A stretch of DNA of 37,475 bases, taken from IMG/VR virus record IMGVR_UViG_3300026512_000004, positions 84,653 to 122,127 of that record; one strand, given 5' to 3'. The stretch is from a virus. Taxonomy: Duplodnaviria; Heunggongvirae; Uroviricota; Caudoviricetes. Both the position numbers and the translations under genes were made by a program. How positions within the stretch are numbered: the stretch's first letter is position 1; each line of letters starts with the position of its first letter. The notes under the pieces are model-generated. The model ran no database searches and had not been told where the DNA came from. It saw nothing but the letters and a program-made list of their open reading frames with translations. Below are positions 1-8,613 of the stretch, piece after piece.

Positions 1-337
1 TAACTATCTTCCTGAGACTGTCAACGGTCAAATTATTCGTCCTATATACCAACTGCGTCTCTATATATAAAGCTTCTTTAGGCAAATCAGTAGGATCCTC
101 ATCTAACTCATTGTAAACATCTTCCAATTTACTTCCAATTATATCTCCTGTTATTATATTGTCATCACTAAACCCCATCAGAGGTTGCAGATTGTCCCTG
201 AAATAGTCAACAGCTTCCTGTTCAGATTGCCAAGGTTGACCTGTAGTAGGATTCGTCGGTAAAAGTAGAAGTGTGTTACCATTTTCATCTGTAACAATTA
301 GTTCCTTCTCTTCTGTGAAAACTATATTATGAGTCAT
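1..337 (-). CDS. Hypothetical phage protein, partial (runs off the window start; missed by the ORF track)
   Basis: Manual translation from ATG at 337 gives MTHNIVFTEEKELIVTDENGNTLLLLPTNPTTGQPWQSEQEAVDYF..., open to base 1. GGGGG SD-like run upstream; start overlaps the stop of the preceding ORF. Confidence 0.7.
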   Translation of the reverse strand, partial: MTHNIVFTEEKELIVTDENGNTLLLLPTNPTTGQPWQSEQEAVDYFRDNLQPLMGFSDDNIITGDIIGSKLEDVYNELDEDPTDLPKEALYIETQLVYRTNNLTVDSLRKIV

Positions 338-2036
338 GTTTACCCCCACGTAACCAATTTATAAAACGTCTCCATATAGATGGTCTCGTTACATGTTCTG
401 TTATAACATTAAGTTGTTCTTGCAATTTGGATAGTGTCTGACCAAACTCATTAGCCTGTTCAGGCAAATGAGACAATTGTTCAGCCATATGTAGCTGTCT
501 ATTCTGGAGTTCAGTCATCTGCTCGTTACGGTATTCGATATATCTTTCTAAACATTCTAAACGACTATTAAATTCCCGCTTTAACTCATTCTGCTGTTCA
601 CAAAGTCTTGTTAACATTTTGCTTATTTGGTCCAATTGTTCCGTAACGTCAATTTGTGTTAGACTATCCGACAAATCATCCAATTGACTTTCAAAAACAG
701 CTTGTGTCGCATTTATCTCATCTACTTGGTTTAGTATGATATCAACAACTTGACTAATCTCAGAAAAGTTATTCTGTAAAGACTGGATGTTGTTATTGAT
801 AGTCTCAATTTGTTGTGAGAGGATGTTCAAACTGTCCTGTATGGGTGTAAGGTCAAGTGACACATGAGCAGGGATCTTCTTTATCGTACTAGAAAGTGTT
901 GTCAGACGACCATCCAATTGACGTTTTAAATCATCAATTGAGGATAGAATAGGTTGAATTTCTGGTATCTGATTTAGTTCTTTCCTTAGGTTCTTTATGG
1001 TTTGATTATAAGCATCCTTCAAATCATGTATTGACTGTGTGATAGAACTTTTGATCTCATTTAGACAACTGACTAACTGTTCTATCTGTTTCTTGTATTC
1101 GTCCTCTAATGTGCTATGAACAGACTTTAAGTCGACAACTGATTGTTCTATTGTGGACTTAAGGGTATTTTCTGTAGTCGTCAATTTGTCTAATAAAGTA
1201 TCAATAGTGGTGGTCATCTGAACTATATTAGAATTAACAGATTCAATCTGGGTAGAGAAAGAAGTCTTGTTATTCTCAATTCTCTCTACCAAATTAGATT
1301 CGACAGCTTTGAGGTGTTGATACAAATTAGCTAAACTGTCACCTACACGTGAAACATTAGAACTGATCGTATTAACAACTTCGCCTGTAGACTGAAATTC
1401 TTCCAAAGTAGTCTGAACATCGTTAATAGCATCTTCCAGCTTAACTAACTTATCCCGTAAATAGTGGACAACAATGTCTTCGACAACACTAGCAACTTTA
1501 TCAGTAAATTGAGTAACTTCTGTTTTTACGCTATCAATTTGCTTCTTAAGACTGGTCAATTGACAACTAGTTGTGTTGTCGTATTTTGACAATTTAGAGC
1601 ACAACTTATCCAGCTTATCAGTTAACGAGGAAAACTGTGTATGCAGTATATCTTGTAAATCCTGAAGTTCTTTCTGAACAGATGTAGAAATCTGTGTTAC
1701 ACTACTTAGAATACCGTCGAATTCTTGTTTCTGTACAAGTGTACCTAATTGTTTTTGTATGTGGTTCAGTCTATCTATTAGGCTAACAACATTCGTCTGT
1801 ATATTCTTAAGTGTACCTAGAACTTCAAGAACACTGCTAATCTGAACACCTAAATTACTGATATCTTGACCAATACTCTCAACGTCTCTTTTGACATCTA
1901 TATTGACGAATCGGTTACCCAATTCGTCTAATTTGTCTTTAATACTTTGTAAACACTTCCGTATATCGCTTAATTGAACATTTGGTGTAGACTGTCGTGT
2001 CCACTCTACTTGAAAGTCAAAATCCTGTGTTTGCAT
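327..2036 (-). CDS. Long coiled-coil protein of unknown function with an amphipathic C-terminal helix
   Basis: 569 aa with heptad-like L/I/V spacing and Q/S/D/K richness throughout; ends SIWRRFINWLRGG. Confidence 0.75.
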   Translation of the reverse strand: MQTQDFDFQVEWTRQSTPNVQLSDIRKCLQSIKDKLDELGNRFVNIDVKRDVESIGQDISNLGVQISSVLEVLGTLKNIQTNVVSLIDRLNHIQKQLGTLVQKQEFDGILSSVTQISTSVQKELQDLQDILHTQFSSLTDKLDKLCSKLSKYDNTTSCQLTSLKKQIDSVKTEVTQFTDKVASVVEDIVVHYLRDKLVKLEDAINDVQTTLEEFQSTGEVVNTISSNVSRVGDSLANLYQHLKAVESNLVERIENNKTSFSTQIESVNSNIVQMTTTIDTLLDKLTTTENTLKSTIEQSVVDLKSVHSTLEDEYKKQIEQLVSCLNEIKSSITQSIHDLKDAYNQTIKNLRKELNQIPEIQPILSSIDDLKRQLDGRLTTLSSTIKKIPAHVSLDLTPIQDSLNILSQQIETINNNIQSLQNNFSEISQVVDIILNQVDEINATQAVFESQLDDLSDSLTQIDVTEQLDQISKMLTRLCEQQNELKREFNSRLECLERYIEYRNEQMTELQNRQLHMAEQLSHLPEQANEFGQTLSKLQEQLNVITEHVTRPSIWRRFINWLRGGKHDS

Positions 2037-2037
2037 A

Positions 2038-2556
2038 TTAGCTGCGCACCATACTACCCGCTTTAGTTACTACATCTACTACACGTCTAATCCAACCTTT
2101 TAGGAACTTCTTCATACCTCTATTATACGCTAAGGCTATATAGTACTTGGCACGATGTTGCGCATAAAAAGAAAGCACCTCACAAGCATTACAGTCAAAT
2201 ATAGCTGACAGCGTTTTTGGACCTATTACACCGTCTACTTTGATAAGTTTACCACAATCTCTAACAGCCCTTTGGAGGAAGGCGGATGCCCTTCGTATAC
2301 CTATATTGACACAACTATCAAAATGAAAGATATCAATACCAGAAGGAAGCTTGTCACATTTAGCTTTCAACCAATAGTCTTTGTAGTAAATCTCTTTGGC
2401 TTGGTCTATAGTCAAATTCTTAATATCGAGATTAGGGTAAGCACGTGCACATATACCCCATTTAGTGGCTCCACCGGGATCATCTGGGTCGTTTACATAT
2501 CCGCCTTCCCATCTTACGATTGATACTTCAAATGCGTAGTCAAAATTGCTATTCAT
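2038..2556 (-). CDS. Glycoside hydrolase family 108 lysozyme (endolysin) with C-terminal peptidoglycan-binding region
   Basis: EGGYVNDPDDPGGATKWGI catalytic motif, FDSCVNIG, VDGVIGPKTL and FLKGWIRR. Confidence 0.92.
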   Translation of the reverse strand: MNSNFDYAFEVSIVRWEGGYVNDPDDPGGATKWGICARAYPNLDIKNLTIDQAKEIYYKDYWLKAKCDKLPSGIDIFHFDSCVNIGIRRASAFLQRAVRDCGKLIKVDGVIGPKTLSAIFDCNACEVLSFYAQHRAKYYIALAYNRGMKKFLKGWIRRVVDVVTKAGSMVRS

Positions 2557-2568
2557 GAGCCTTGTCTC

Positions 2569-3849
2569 CTAGAACGTATAACCCAATTTCTTAGCTTTGC
2601 TTAACACATCATTCAAATAGACTTCAAACTCCTTACCTTGACAATAGATGTTAGACGTTTCAACAGCACTAGCACGTTCTATTGCTTGTTTCATAGCAGT
2701 TTTTAGATCATCCGCTGCACTAATTCCAACTGCTACTACATAGTCTCCTGGAACAAACCAAATATCGTCATCCCGTTTGATAACACGACGATAAGCTATC
2801 CATTCTGTATCATCGCGGTTGTAATGTATAACACGCCAAGTATTTGGGTCATCTGTATAAACACCTATTTGAACACTATACTTACCAAGTGGTTCAGGTG
2901 TAATATCCGAACCCTTTGCAACACCTATCATGAATTCAGTGTAATTCTTGATAACTTTAGGATATGCGTAACTGCAGATATAACTAAATCTGGGAGTAAT
3001 ATCGGTGACATATATTGTTTTACCATCGTAAAATCCCTCTAAACAGAACATACCTACATAACCATTTTTCGCTAACCACGGTTCTAGTCTCTTCAACACA
3101 TCGTACCAAATACTATCCTGTAACTTAACAAACTTAGTCGTATTACCACACCCTTGGTATTCTATCGTTTCTGCTACAATTGGTATGAACTGTCGTCCAT
3201 TAAACCATGCATCAACACCTATTTCGACACCTTTTAACTCGTTTTCTACCACAAATGTAACATTATCACCTAATATCTTAAAGGCACCACGAGAAAGAAT
3301 GGCCTCCGCTTCAGCAGGGTCATCAGTACCAAAAGTTTCAACTGTACCACGGTACCTATTTATCTTCACAAACACCTTCCCTCTAGCATTCCTGACAGCT
3401 TCAACAACTTGTTTAACACCTCTCACCACTTTACCAGGAGGAACATCTATGCCAAGCTGTTGCAAAACCTTTCTAACATAAACTCTATCTAACTCTAACC
3501 TCTCAGACTTGCCATCTGCACCTATGACGTAATATCCCTCTTTTCTAAGCCAACTAGCCAAATGACCAAACCCGGAATCCGTGAAAACTATGATATTAGC
3601 GCCTTTTTCAAGACCTTCACCCCAGTCCCAAATCTTCCTTACGTCTGAAAATCCGTAACCACAAATTTCATCCTGCATTTTGGGATAGGGCTGTCCGTGA
3701 ACAACTGCGTAGTATGTAGTATAACCGTCTTGACCAAAACGTCTAGCATGTTCAAGTCCCAAATTAGTATCAACCACAAGGATAATGTCTTCGTTCTTAC
3801 TTGATTGCTCTGTAATTCCGGAGATTAGAAACTTATAGAGTTTAAGCAT
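2569..3849 (-). CDS. ATP-grasp ligase, PurD-like fold but probably not PurD
   Basis: LELDRVYVRKVLQQLGI, VFVKINRYRG, FVVENELKGVEIGVDAWFNG and FCLEGFYDGKTIYVTDITPRF follow the GARS/ATP-grasp layout. PurD signatures GxGGREHA and KADGLAAGKGV are absent. Confidence 0.75.
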   Translation of the reverse strand: MLKLYKFLISGITEQSSKNEDIILVVDTNLGLEHARRFGQDGYTTYYAVVHGQPYPKMQDEICGYGFSDVRKIWDWGEGLEKGANIIVFTDSGFGHLASWLRKEGYYVIGADGKSERLELDRVYVRKVLQQLGIDVPPGKVVRGVKQVVEAVRNARGKVFVKINRYRGTVETFGTDDPAEAEAILSRGAFKILGDNVTFVVENELKGVEIGVDAWFNGRQFIPIVAETIEYQGCGNTTKFVKLQDSIWYDVLKRLEPWLAKNGYVGMFCLEGFYDGKTIYVTDITPRFSYICSYAYPKVIKNYTEFMIGVAKGSDITPEPLGKYSVQIGVYTDDPNTWRVIHYNRDDTEWIAYRRVIKRDDDIWFVPGDYVVAVGISAADDLKTAMKQAIERASAVETSNIYCQGKEFEVYLNDVLSKAKKLGYTF

Positions 3850-3890
3850 AGAACATAATCCAGCTTAATTTTACTTTTATCCGAAATACA

Positions 3891-4283
3891 CTACTTATTC
3901 TTCTTCCTCTCTCCAAGCTTTAAGCCAAGGCGTTTAGCAATTGTACTCCCCAAGTATGCTGACCCAGCAGTTAAAGCTCCACCAGCTAATCCACCAGTCA
4001 GTCCGCCAAGCATTTCCTCAACGTCACCGCCGTGAGCCATTGCTGTACCGGCTGCTATACCATGTGCAGCACCTAGACCTATTGCTCCTCCAACATGACC
4101 TAAACGCGCTTCATCTGCTTTCTTTAAATACTTCTGCCTCTCTTTTTGACTTTTTGCCTCGCCTGCTTTCTTTGCATAATATCCAGTCGCCCAAGGACCA
4201 AAAAGGAGTCCCATTACTTTCTCTTTCGTTCCCTCTTGTAATACTTTACTCTCTACCAAAATAATACGTCTTACCTGATACAT
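3891..4283 (-). CDS. Glycine-zipper small protein, putative internal head or ejection protein
   Basis: 130 aa with GxxxG-rich hydrophobic stretches (GGAIGLGAAHGIAAG, GGLTGGLAGGALTAG), basic flanks and an N-terminal ILVE leader. Confidence 0.6.
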   Translation of the reverse strand: MYQVRRIILVESKVLQEGTKEKVMGLLFGPWATGYYAKKAGEAKSQKERQKYLKKADEARLGHVGGAIGLGAAHGIAAGTAMAHGGDVEEMLGGLTGGLAGGALTAGSAYLGSTIAKRLGLKLGERKKNK

Positions 4284-4295
4284 ATTGTCCCTCCG

Positions 4296-4733
4296 TTACA
4301 TCCTACTGGTCATAGGACGTTTAATCAAGATCACTCTACAAAACCCTGCATCACTAGGTTTAATTATCAAACGTTCAATAGCTTGTGGATTACGCAACGT
4401 TATCACATCGCCTGGTGATAATGGTAAACCTGGTGTATTGTCTTCGGAGTTAAAAAAGACTTCTATATCAACAGAAACGTCTGATATACGAATAACGTGT
4501 GTAGAAAATGGGTCGGGTATTTCTATTGTTTTAGTATCACCTGCACCTGCAAAGGACAAATCATAAACGCTATCAACTGGGTTATAATAAGGCTCATCAG
4601 AAACACGTGTTAATCCTTTTATATTATCAAGTAGATAGACAGTTTCAATGGTTTCACCAGGTTTCAAAGCACGGTCATAAAGACCAAGCGATACATGTAG
4701 GATATCATCAGTATCATTTCTGTAAGTCGGCAC
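4296..4733 (-). CDS. Hypothetical beta-rich protein, possibly virion-associated
   Basis: 145 aa from a GTG start with GGAG upstream; alternating hydrophobic pattern; structural-gene context. Confidence 0.55.
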   Translation of the reverse strand: MPTYRNDTDDILHVSLGLYDRALKPGETIETVYLLDNIKGLTRVSDEPYYNPVDSVYDLSFAGAGDTKTIEIPDPFSTHVIRISDVSVDIEVFFNSEDNTPGLPLSPGDVITLRNPQAIERLIIKPSDAGFCRVILIKRPMTSRM

Positions 4734-4746
4734 AATTCACTCCGAA

Positions 4747-4980
4747 CTACTTTGAAACGCGCAAACTCTTCTCACGTTCTTTATTAAACATTTCACGTAG
4801 TTTATTCTCAGTCCTTACAAACTCATCTATCAAATCAAAGGCAAAGTGAACAGGCATGTTCATCAAATCGGAAAACGTAACTTTCCCATCAAATAAATAC
4901 AAACTAGAAACAATCAAACGTAAATATTCCTTATAGGCCCTCTCTCGATTATCACTGAACGAGGCGCAGAAAAAACAACG
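4747..4980 (-). CDS. gp51-like tail/baseplate assembly ORF in the +1 frame, overlapping the end of the gp26-like gene (missed by the ORF track)
   Basis: 77 open codons: RCFFCASFSDNRERAYKEYLRLIVSSLYLFDGKVTFSDLMNMPVHFAFDLIDEFVRTENKLREMFNKEREKSLRVSK. The Y...TFSDLMNMP pattern recalls the YSLTEIENMMP motif of T4-like gp51. Confidence 0.55.
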   Translation of the reverse strand, partial: RCFFCASFSDNRERAYKEYLRLIVSSLYLFDGKVTFSDLMNMPVHFAFDLIDEFVRTENKLREMFNKEREKSLRVSK

Positions 4981-5812
4981 TCATTATAGATGGTACTTCA
5001 GTCTTAAACTGTTTACCACATTTAGAACACGTTTGAACAACATAAAACTTTGGGGTGTATTCCGCAAATACTTTATTGTACTCGTCAAGGATTTTGTCCT
5101 TGACGTCGGCGTCTATATGAGTATTGAGGAGTATTTGAATTTCTTGTAAATTGTCAACGGACGCAATAAACTCACCGTTCTCCTTCAATGACAACTCTTT
5201 CAGACACATAAGCAAGAATTCATATTCAGTCATAGAAATGCCTAGGTTTTCGAGATACCGAGCCGCACGTTCCTCTGGAATCATATCTAAGACGCGTATG
5301 ATACGACGCATAGATGGAAGTTGTATACCTGCTACTAACGTCAAATTAGATGTCAAAGGTATTTCTACACGGTGAACAAATTCGGTAAACGGGACCTCTC
5401 TATCCCACGCCTTAAAACTATCCTCATGAAGTAATTCATCTGGGTCGACATCTCTTGTCATAATGTTATCACAATGTTCACAAACAAGATTGAAATCGCG
5501 GAACTTACGATAAGTCGCTTTATAAAGTCCCCAAGTGAGTACCTCAGTATCAAAAGATGTAATACTGCTCACGAAATCGTTGAAATTTTGGTATGGAGGG
5601 TCAAAAACTGAACGTTCAAAAATGATTGCTAAGAGTGCTTTGAATTGTTCTTGAAGACGTGTTAAACGTGTACGAAGATTAACATCATCAAGAACTGTCA
5701 TTGGTGATATCGTAACACGCTGTTTAGCTATCGGTAAGTATACTTCTACTTTACGTGTAGAAAGTGCTTCAGAAAGTTTAGTAGTAAATGTCTGAAGTGA
5801 CATAAGTCGCAA
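4952..5812 (-). CDS. T4 gp26-like baseplate hub / tail assembly chaperone
   Basis: VYLPIAKQRVTISPM start, FDTEVLTWGLY, internal CEHC, and C-terminal CSKCG followed by FF match the gp26-like layout. AAGGAGG RBS. Confidence 0.6.
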   Translation of the reverse strand: MRLMSLQTFTTKLSEALSTRKVEVYLPIAKQRVTISPMTVLDDVNLRTRLTRLQEQFKALLAIIFERSVFDPPYQNFNDFVSSITSFDTEVLTWGLYKATYRKFRDFNLVCEHCDNIMTRDVDPDELLHEDSFKAWDREVPFTEFVHRVEIPLTSNLTLVAGIQLPSMRRIIRVLDMIPEERAARYLENLGISMTEYEFLLMCLKELSLKENGEFIASVDNLQEIQILLNTHIDADVKDKILDEYNKVFAEYTPKFYVVQTCSKCGKQFKTEVPSIMTLFFLRLVQ

Positions 5813-5836
5813 ACCTCCTTTTCAAAATTTAAGCCT

Positions 5837-5883
5837 AAAAACGTACCCGACCAGGCAGTCACGAAGACCACCTAGTCGGGTAC
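5837..5883 (-). terminator. Intrinsic terminator after the major capsid gene
   Basis: Minus strand GTACCCGACTAGGTGGTC-TTCGT-GACTGCCTGGTCGGGTAC is an 18-bp stem with 3 G-U pairs, followed by GTTTTT. Confidence 0.85.
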
Positions 5884-5893
5884 TAAAACTAGA

Positions 5894-7447
5894 TTAGATT
5901 AAACCGTCATAGTTCTGGAGGACCACATATCCACAAGCATCAGGCCTGGGCATTTCCACAGCAGTCCTGGATCTTACAAATGTACGACGAACACTGTCAG
6001 TGGTTTCCTCAATGATGTAAAGCGGTTTATAAATTACGTGAAGTAATGCAGTTCTGCTCATCTGACCTACAGGTGCTTTATAGACCACATAAATCTTGTT
6101 ATCAGGACATGCAGCAGAAGCAAGTATAGTAAACTTCTTAAACTCTTGACCCTTACCAAGAGAACCCATAGCACCCTGATTATCATTTAACATGGTGTAG
6201 AATTCCTGAAGTGACTCAAGAAGAGGAGCAGTATTCTGAGATGCAAGGATGTACTGCGGCATAGCATTGTATTTGCTTCTCACCTGTCTAGCTGCAGAAA
6301 GAACCTTAGGAACAATAGCAAACATAAGATCTCTTACGGAAGCAGGTGCATATCCACCAGACTTGAAGAGGTCATAATCAAGTGTCACAGAAGCTGCCAT
6401 GTCACCTTCATTGCCCTGAAGGAGAGAAACCACTTCGTAATCAATGTTGAGAAGTATCTGTGCCTTCACGGCTTGAGAAATATTCCTAATAGCATCTACA
6501 TTGTAGATATCTCTGAAGTTCTGAACATCTTCTTCGGTAAGATCAATCTCAAAGTCGTTATTGATATCTACATCTATATCCCATGCTTCATTAATCATTT
6601 TGACAATTACACGACCATTGTCAGTTTTGATAGGATTAAATCTTACTTCACAGACAAGATAATCTACATTATAGGTGTGTCCACTGGTTCCATTGATAAA
6701 ATCAGCAGTAAACTGTACAATACCTCTATTATAATCTACAGTTCCAGAGAGGAATATGTTAACTTCGTTACCTGCACTATCAGTAAAGCTAGTCTCGATT
6801 CTAAAAGCACCTCTAATATCAGGACGTACAAAAATACCAGAGATGTCAATGGTGTGGTCAGAAGAACCGTCGTTATCAATAACTCTAATGCCCTTAAAGA
6901 TTATAAATCTCCTGTTCACTTTGTAGGCACCAGAGTTAATACCAGCCTTTACAAAAAGATCATTCTGTGCACCAGGTACAAGCTGCAAAGAAACAGCAGG
7001 TGCAGCAATTAACTGTGTAGCAGTAGGTATAATCACTTCAGAACTTGACCCGTCATATCCCTTTATAATGGCTTTATACCTAATCCTAGGTACGGTGATT
7101 TTACCAGAATTTACGGTATGAACAGTACAGACTTTAGAAACTATAGGTTCTGCAAATATGTCGGCAAGAATAGGGAAGTAGTTTACAGCATAAGCAATAG
7201 CAGAGCCATCAGCCGCAACGTTTGCTTCCTCTAAAAGACATTCTCTCTGTCTCTGGCAAACAAGAGCAACGGCAGTCTTGGTCTCAGGATCAAGACTCTC
7301 GGTAAGCTGATCCACATAAGCGCGGAAATTATGCTCATTAGTAAGAAGAGAAAGAGTAGCTTTTACAGGAGACTCCTTGAACTCAGAATAGTGTTCTTTA
7401 AGATAGTTCTCGTGAGCTTCGAAAATGAGATCACCTGTGTTTATCAT
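5894..7447 (-). CDS. Major capsid protein, T4 gp23-like HK97 fold with propeptide
   Basis: Propeptide ending LLEEA, FPILADIFAEPIVSKVCTV, QILLNIDYEV, VYKAP and YKPLY, strong GGAGG RBS, directly downstream of the protease. Confidence 0.85.
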   Translation of the reverse strand: MINTGDLIFEAHENYLKEHYSEFKESPVKATLSLLTNEHNFRAYVDQLTESLDPETKTAVALVCQRQRECLLEEANVAADGSAIAYAVNYFPILADIFAEPIVSKVCTVHTVNSGKITVPRIRYKAIIKGYDGSSSEVIIPTATQLIAAPAVSLQLVPGAQNDLFVKAGINSGAYKVNRRFIIFKGIRVIDNDGSSDHTIDISGIFVRPDIRGAFRIETSFTDSAGNEVNIFLSGTVDYNRGIVQFTADFINGTSGHTYNVDYLVCEVRFNPIKTDNGRVIVKMINEAWDIDVDINNDFEIDLTEEDVQNFRDIYNVDAIRNISQAVKAQILLNIDYEVVSLLQGNEGDMAASVTLDYDLFKSGGYAPASVRDLMFAIVPKVLSAARQVRSKYNAMPQYILASQNTAPLLESLQEFYTMLNDNQGAMGSLGKGQEFKKFTILASAACPDNKIYVVYKAPVGQMSRTALLHVIYKPLYIIEETTDSVRRTFVRSRTAVEMPRPDACGYVVLQNYDGLI

Positions 7448-7523
7448 ATCTACACCCTCCTATTGATTGTTGTAGTTTTCTGATCAAATTAAGTGTCAAA
7501 AGCAAACGTTCATTCGTTCTCGT

Positions 7524-8276
7524 TTACAATATCTTCAATCCAGGAACTACTATCCTTAGTATTTCCTCCAATATTTCCTCTTTAAACACTTGAAAACACT
7601 TATTCTCAGTACAAATCGTTATTTTCTCATCATCTAACACTGCTTCATAATCTTCAGTTATCAACCGTGTATTGCCGTCATCGTCTATAAGATGAATTGC
7701 TTCCTCTGTAGTGACCTCCAATACTTTCGCCTTAGAATGTGACGGATTAATCACCACATCATAGGTTACAGGAACAAAGGGAGGCACTACTTTTAAATAA
7801 CCTTCAGGTGTGGGCTGTAACCCTCCTATTGCTCTCAACGAGTGACCAATATCAACTCTATCGATCATTATTGCCTTATATAAGTCCGGTCCTTTGGAAA
7901 AGGTAAGTGTTTCTGCTTCCCCAAGTATCAGATTACCATCACGCCAAATCTTAGTATACAAATTACAAGCAGACTTCAACTCATAACGAAGCATCCTGCG
8001 CTTTACAGATTGCATAGTTTTAGGATCAGAAGATTCGGGAACAAAAGGGTGGTCAAATTCACCTATCAACCCACGTGATTCAGCCATAGGAGCTAACTTT
8101 TGAACAATCTGATCACCTATACTGTCATCGTAAAATCTGGCATTATTATTCTTCTCGTTTAACGTCTGAAGAATTGTTCTGTATTTTATCTTGGGGAAAG
8201 AAAGAGACGTATTCTCCTCCAAAATCGTAACTGGCGATACGTGTGCGGATTCAACAAATACATAGAGAGGTTTCAT
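7524..8276 (-). CDS. Prohead core protease, T4 gp21-like
   Basis: NNNARFY, LIGEFDHP (His), GHSLRAIG (Ser), VTYDVVINPSHSKA. Confidence 0.9.
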   Translation of the reverse strand: MKPLYVFVESAHVSPVTILEENTSLSFPKIKYRTILQTLNEKNNNARFYDDSIGDQIVQKLAPMAESRGLIGEFDHPFVPESSDPKTMQSVKRRMLRYELKSACNLYTKIWRDGNLILGEAETLTFSKGPDLYKAIMIDRVDIGHSLRAIGGLQPTPEGYLKVVPPFVPVTYDVVINPSHSKAKVLEVTTEEAIHLIDDDGNTRLITEDYEAVLDDEKITICTENKCFQVFKEEILEEILRIVVPGLKIL

Positions 8277-8584
8277 TGTTTTTGCTCAGTTTGTAACTTG
8301 GCAACTAGATTCTGTAACAACTGTCCAACAACATCGTAAAAATCCTTACCCTGGAACAACGTATGCAACTTGATAAACATCTCTAGCATATCTGTGTTAT
8401 CGTCTTCAACACCACTACCCTTTAGCTGGTACAAAATGTCAATTAATTTGTTCAAAACGAAAAATCTGTTAAGTGTATCAAGAGGAGTTTCCTGTGGCGC
8501 AGTTTGTTGCCCTTCACCAGGTAAACTCTGTTCAAAAATGACGAGCATGTTATCAATATCGTAATCAAAGTAATCAACCGACAT
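8273..8584 (-). CDS. Hypothetical head-module protein
   Basis: 103 aa between portal and protease, with a 4-nt ATGA overlap with the protease gene. Confidence 0.6.
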   Translation of the reverse strand: MSVDYFDYDIDNMLVIFEQSLPGEGQQTAPQETPLDTLNRFFVLNKLIDILYQLKGSGVEDDNTDMLEMFIKLHTLFQGKDFYDVVGQLLQNLVAKLQTEQKQ

Positions 8585-8613
8585 TTATACCCCCGATGTA
8601 GAACTTAAAAAGT

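Noticed and set aside
2569-3849. purD auxiliary metabolic gene
   Set aside because: PurD signature motifs are absent and there is no purine pathway context, so no gene symbol was assigned.
6473-7012. 179-aa + strand ORF and the other short + strand ORFs in the track
   Set aside because: They are antisense shadows of well-supported minus-strand genes, with no RBS or motifs.
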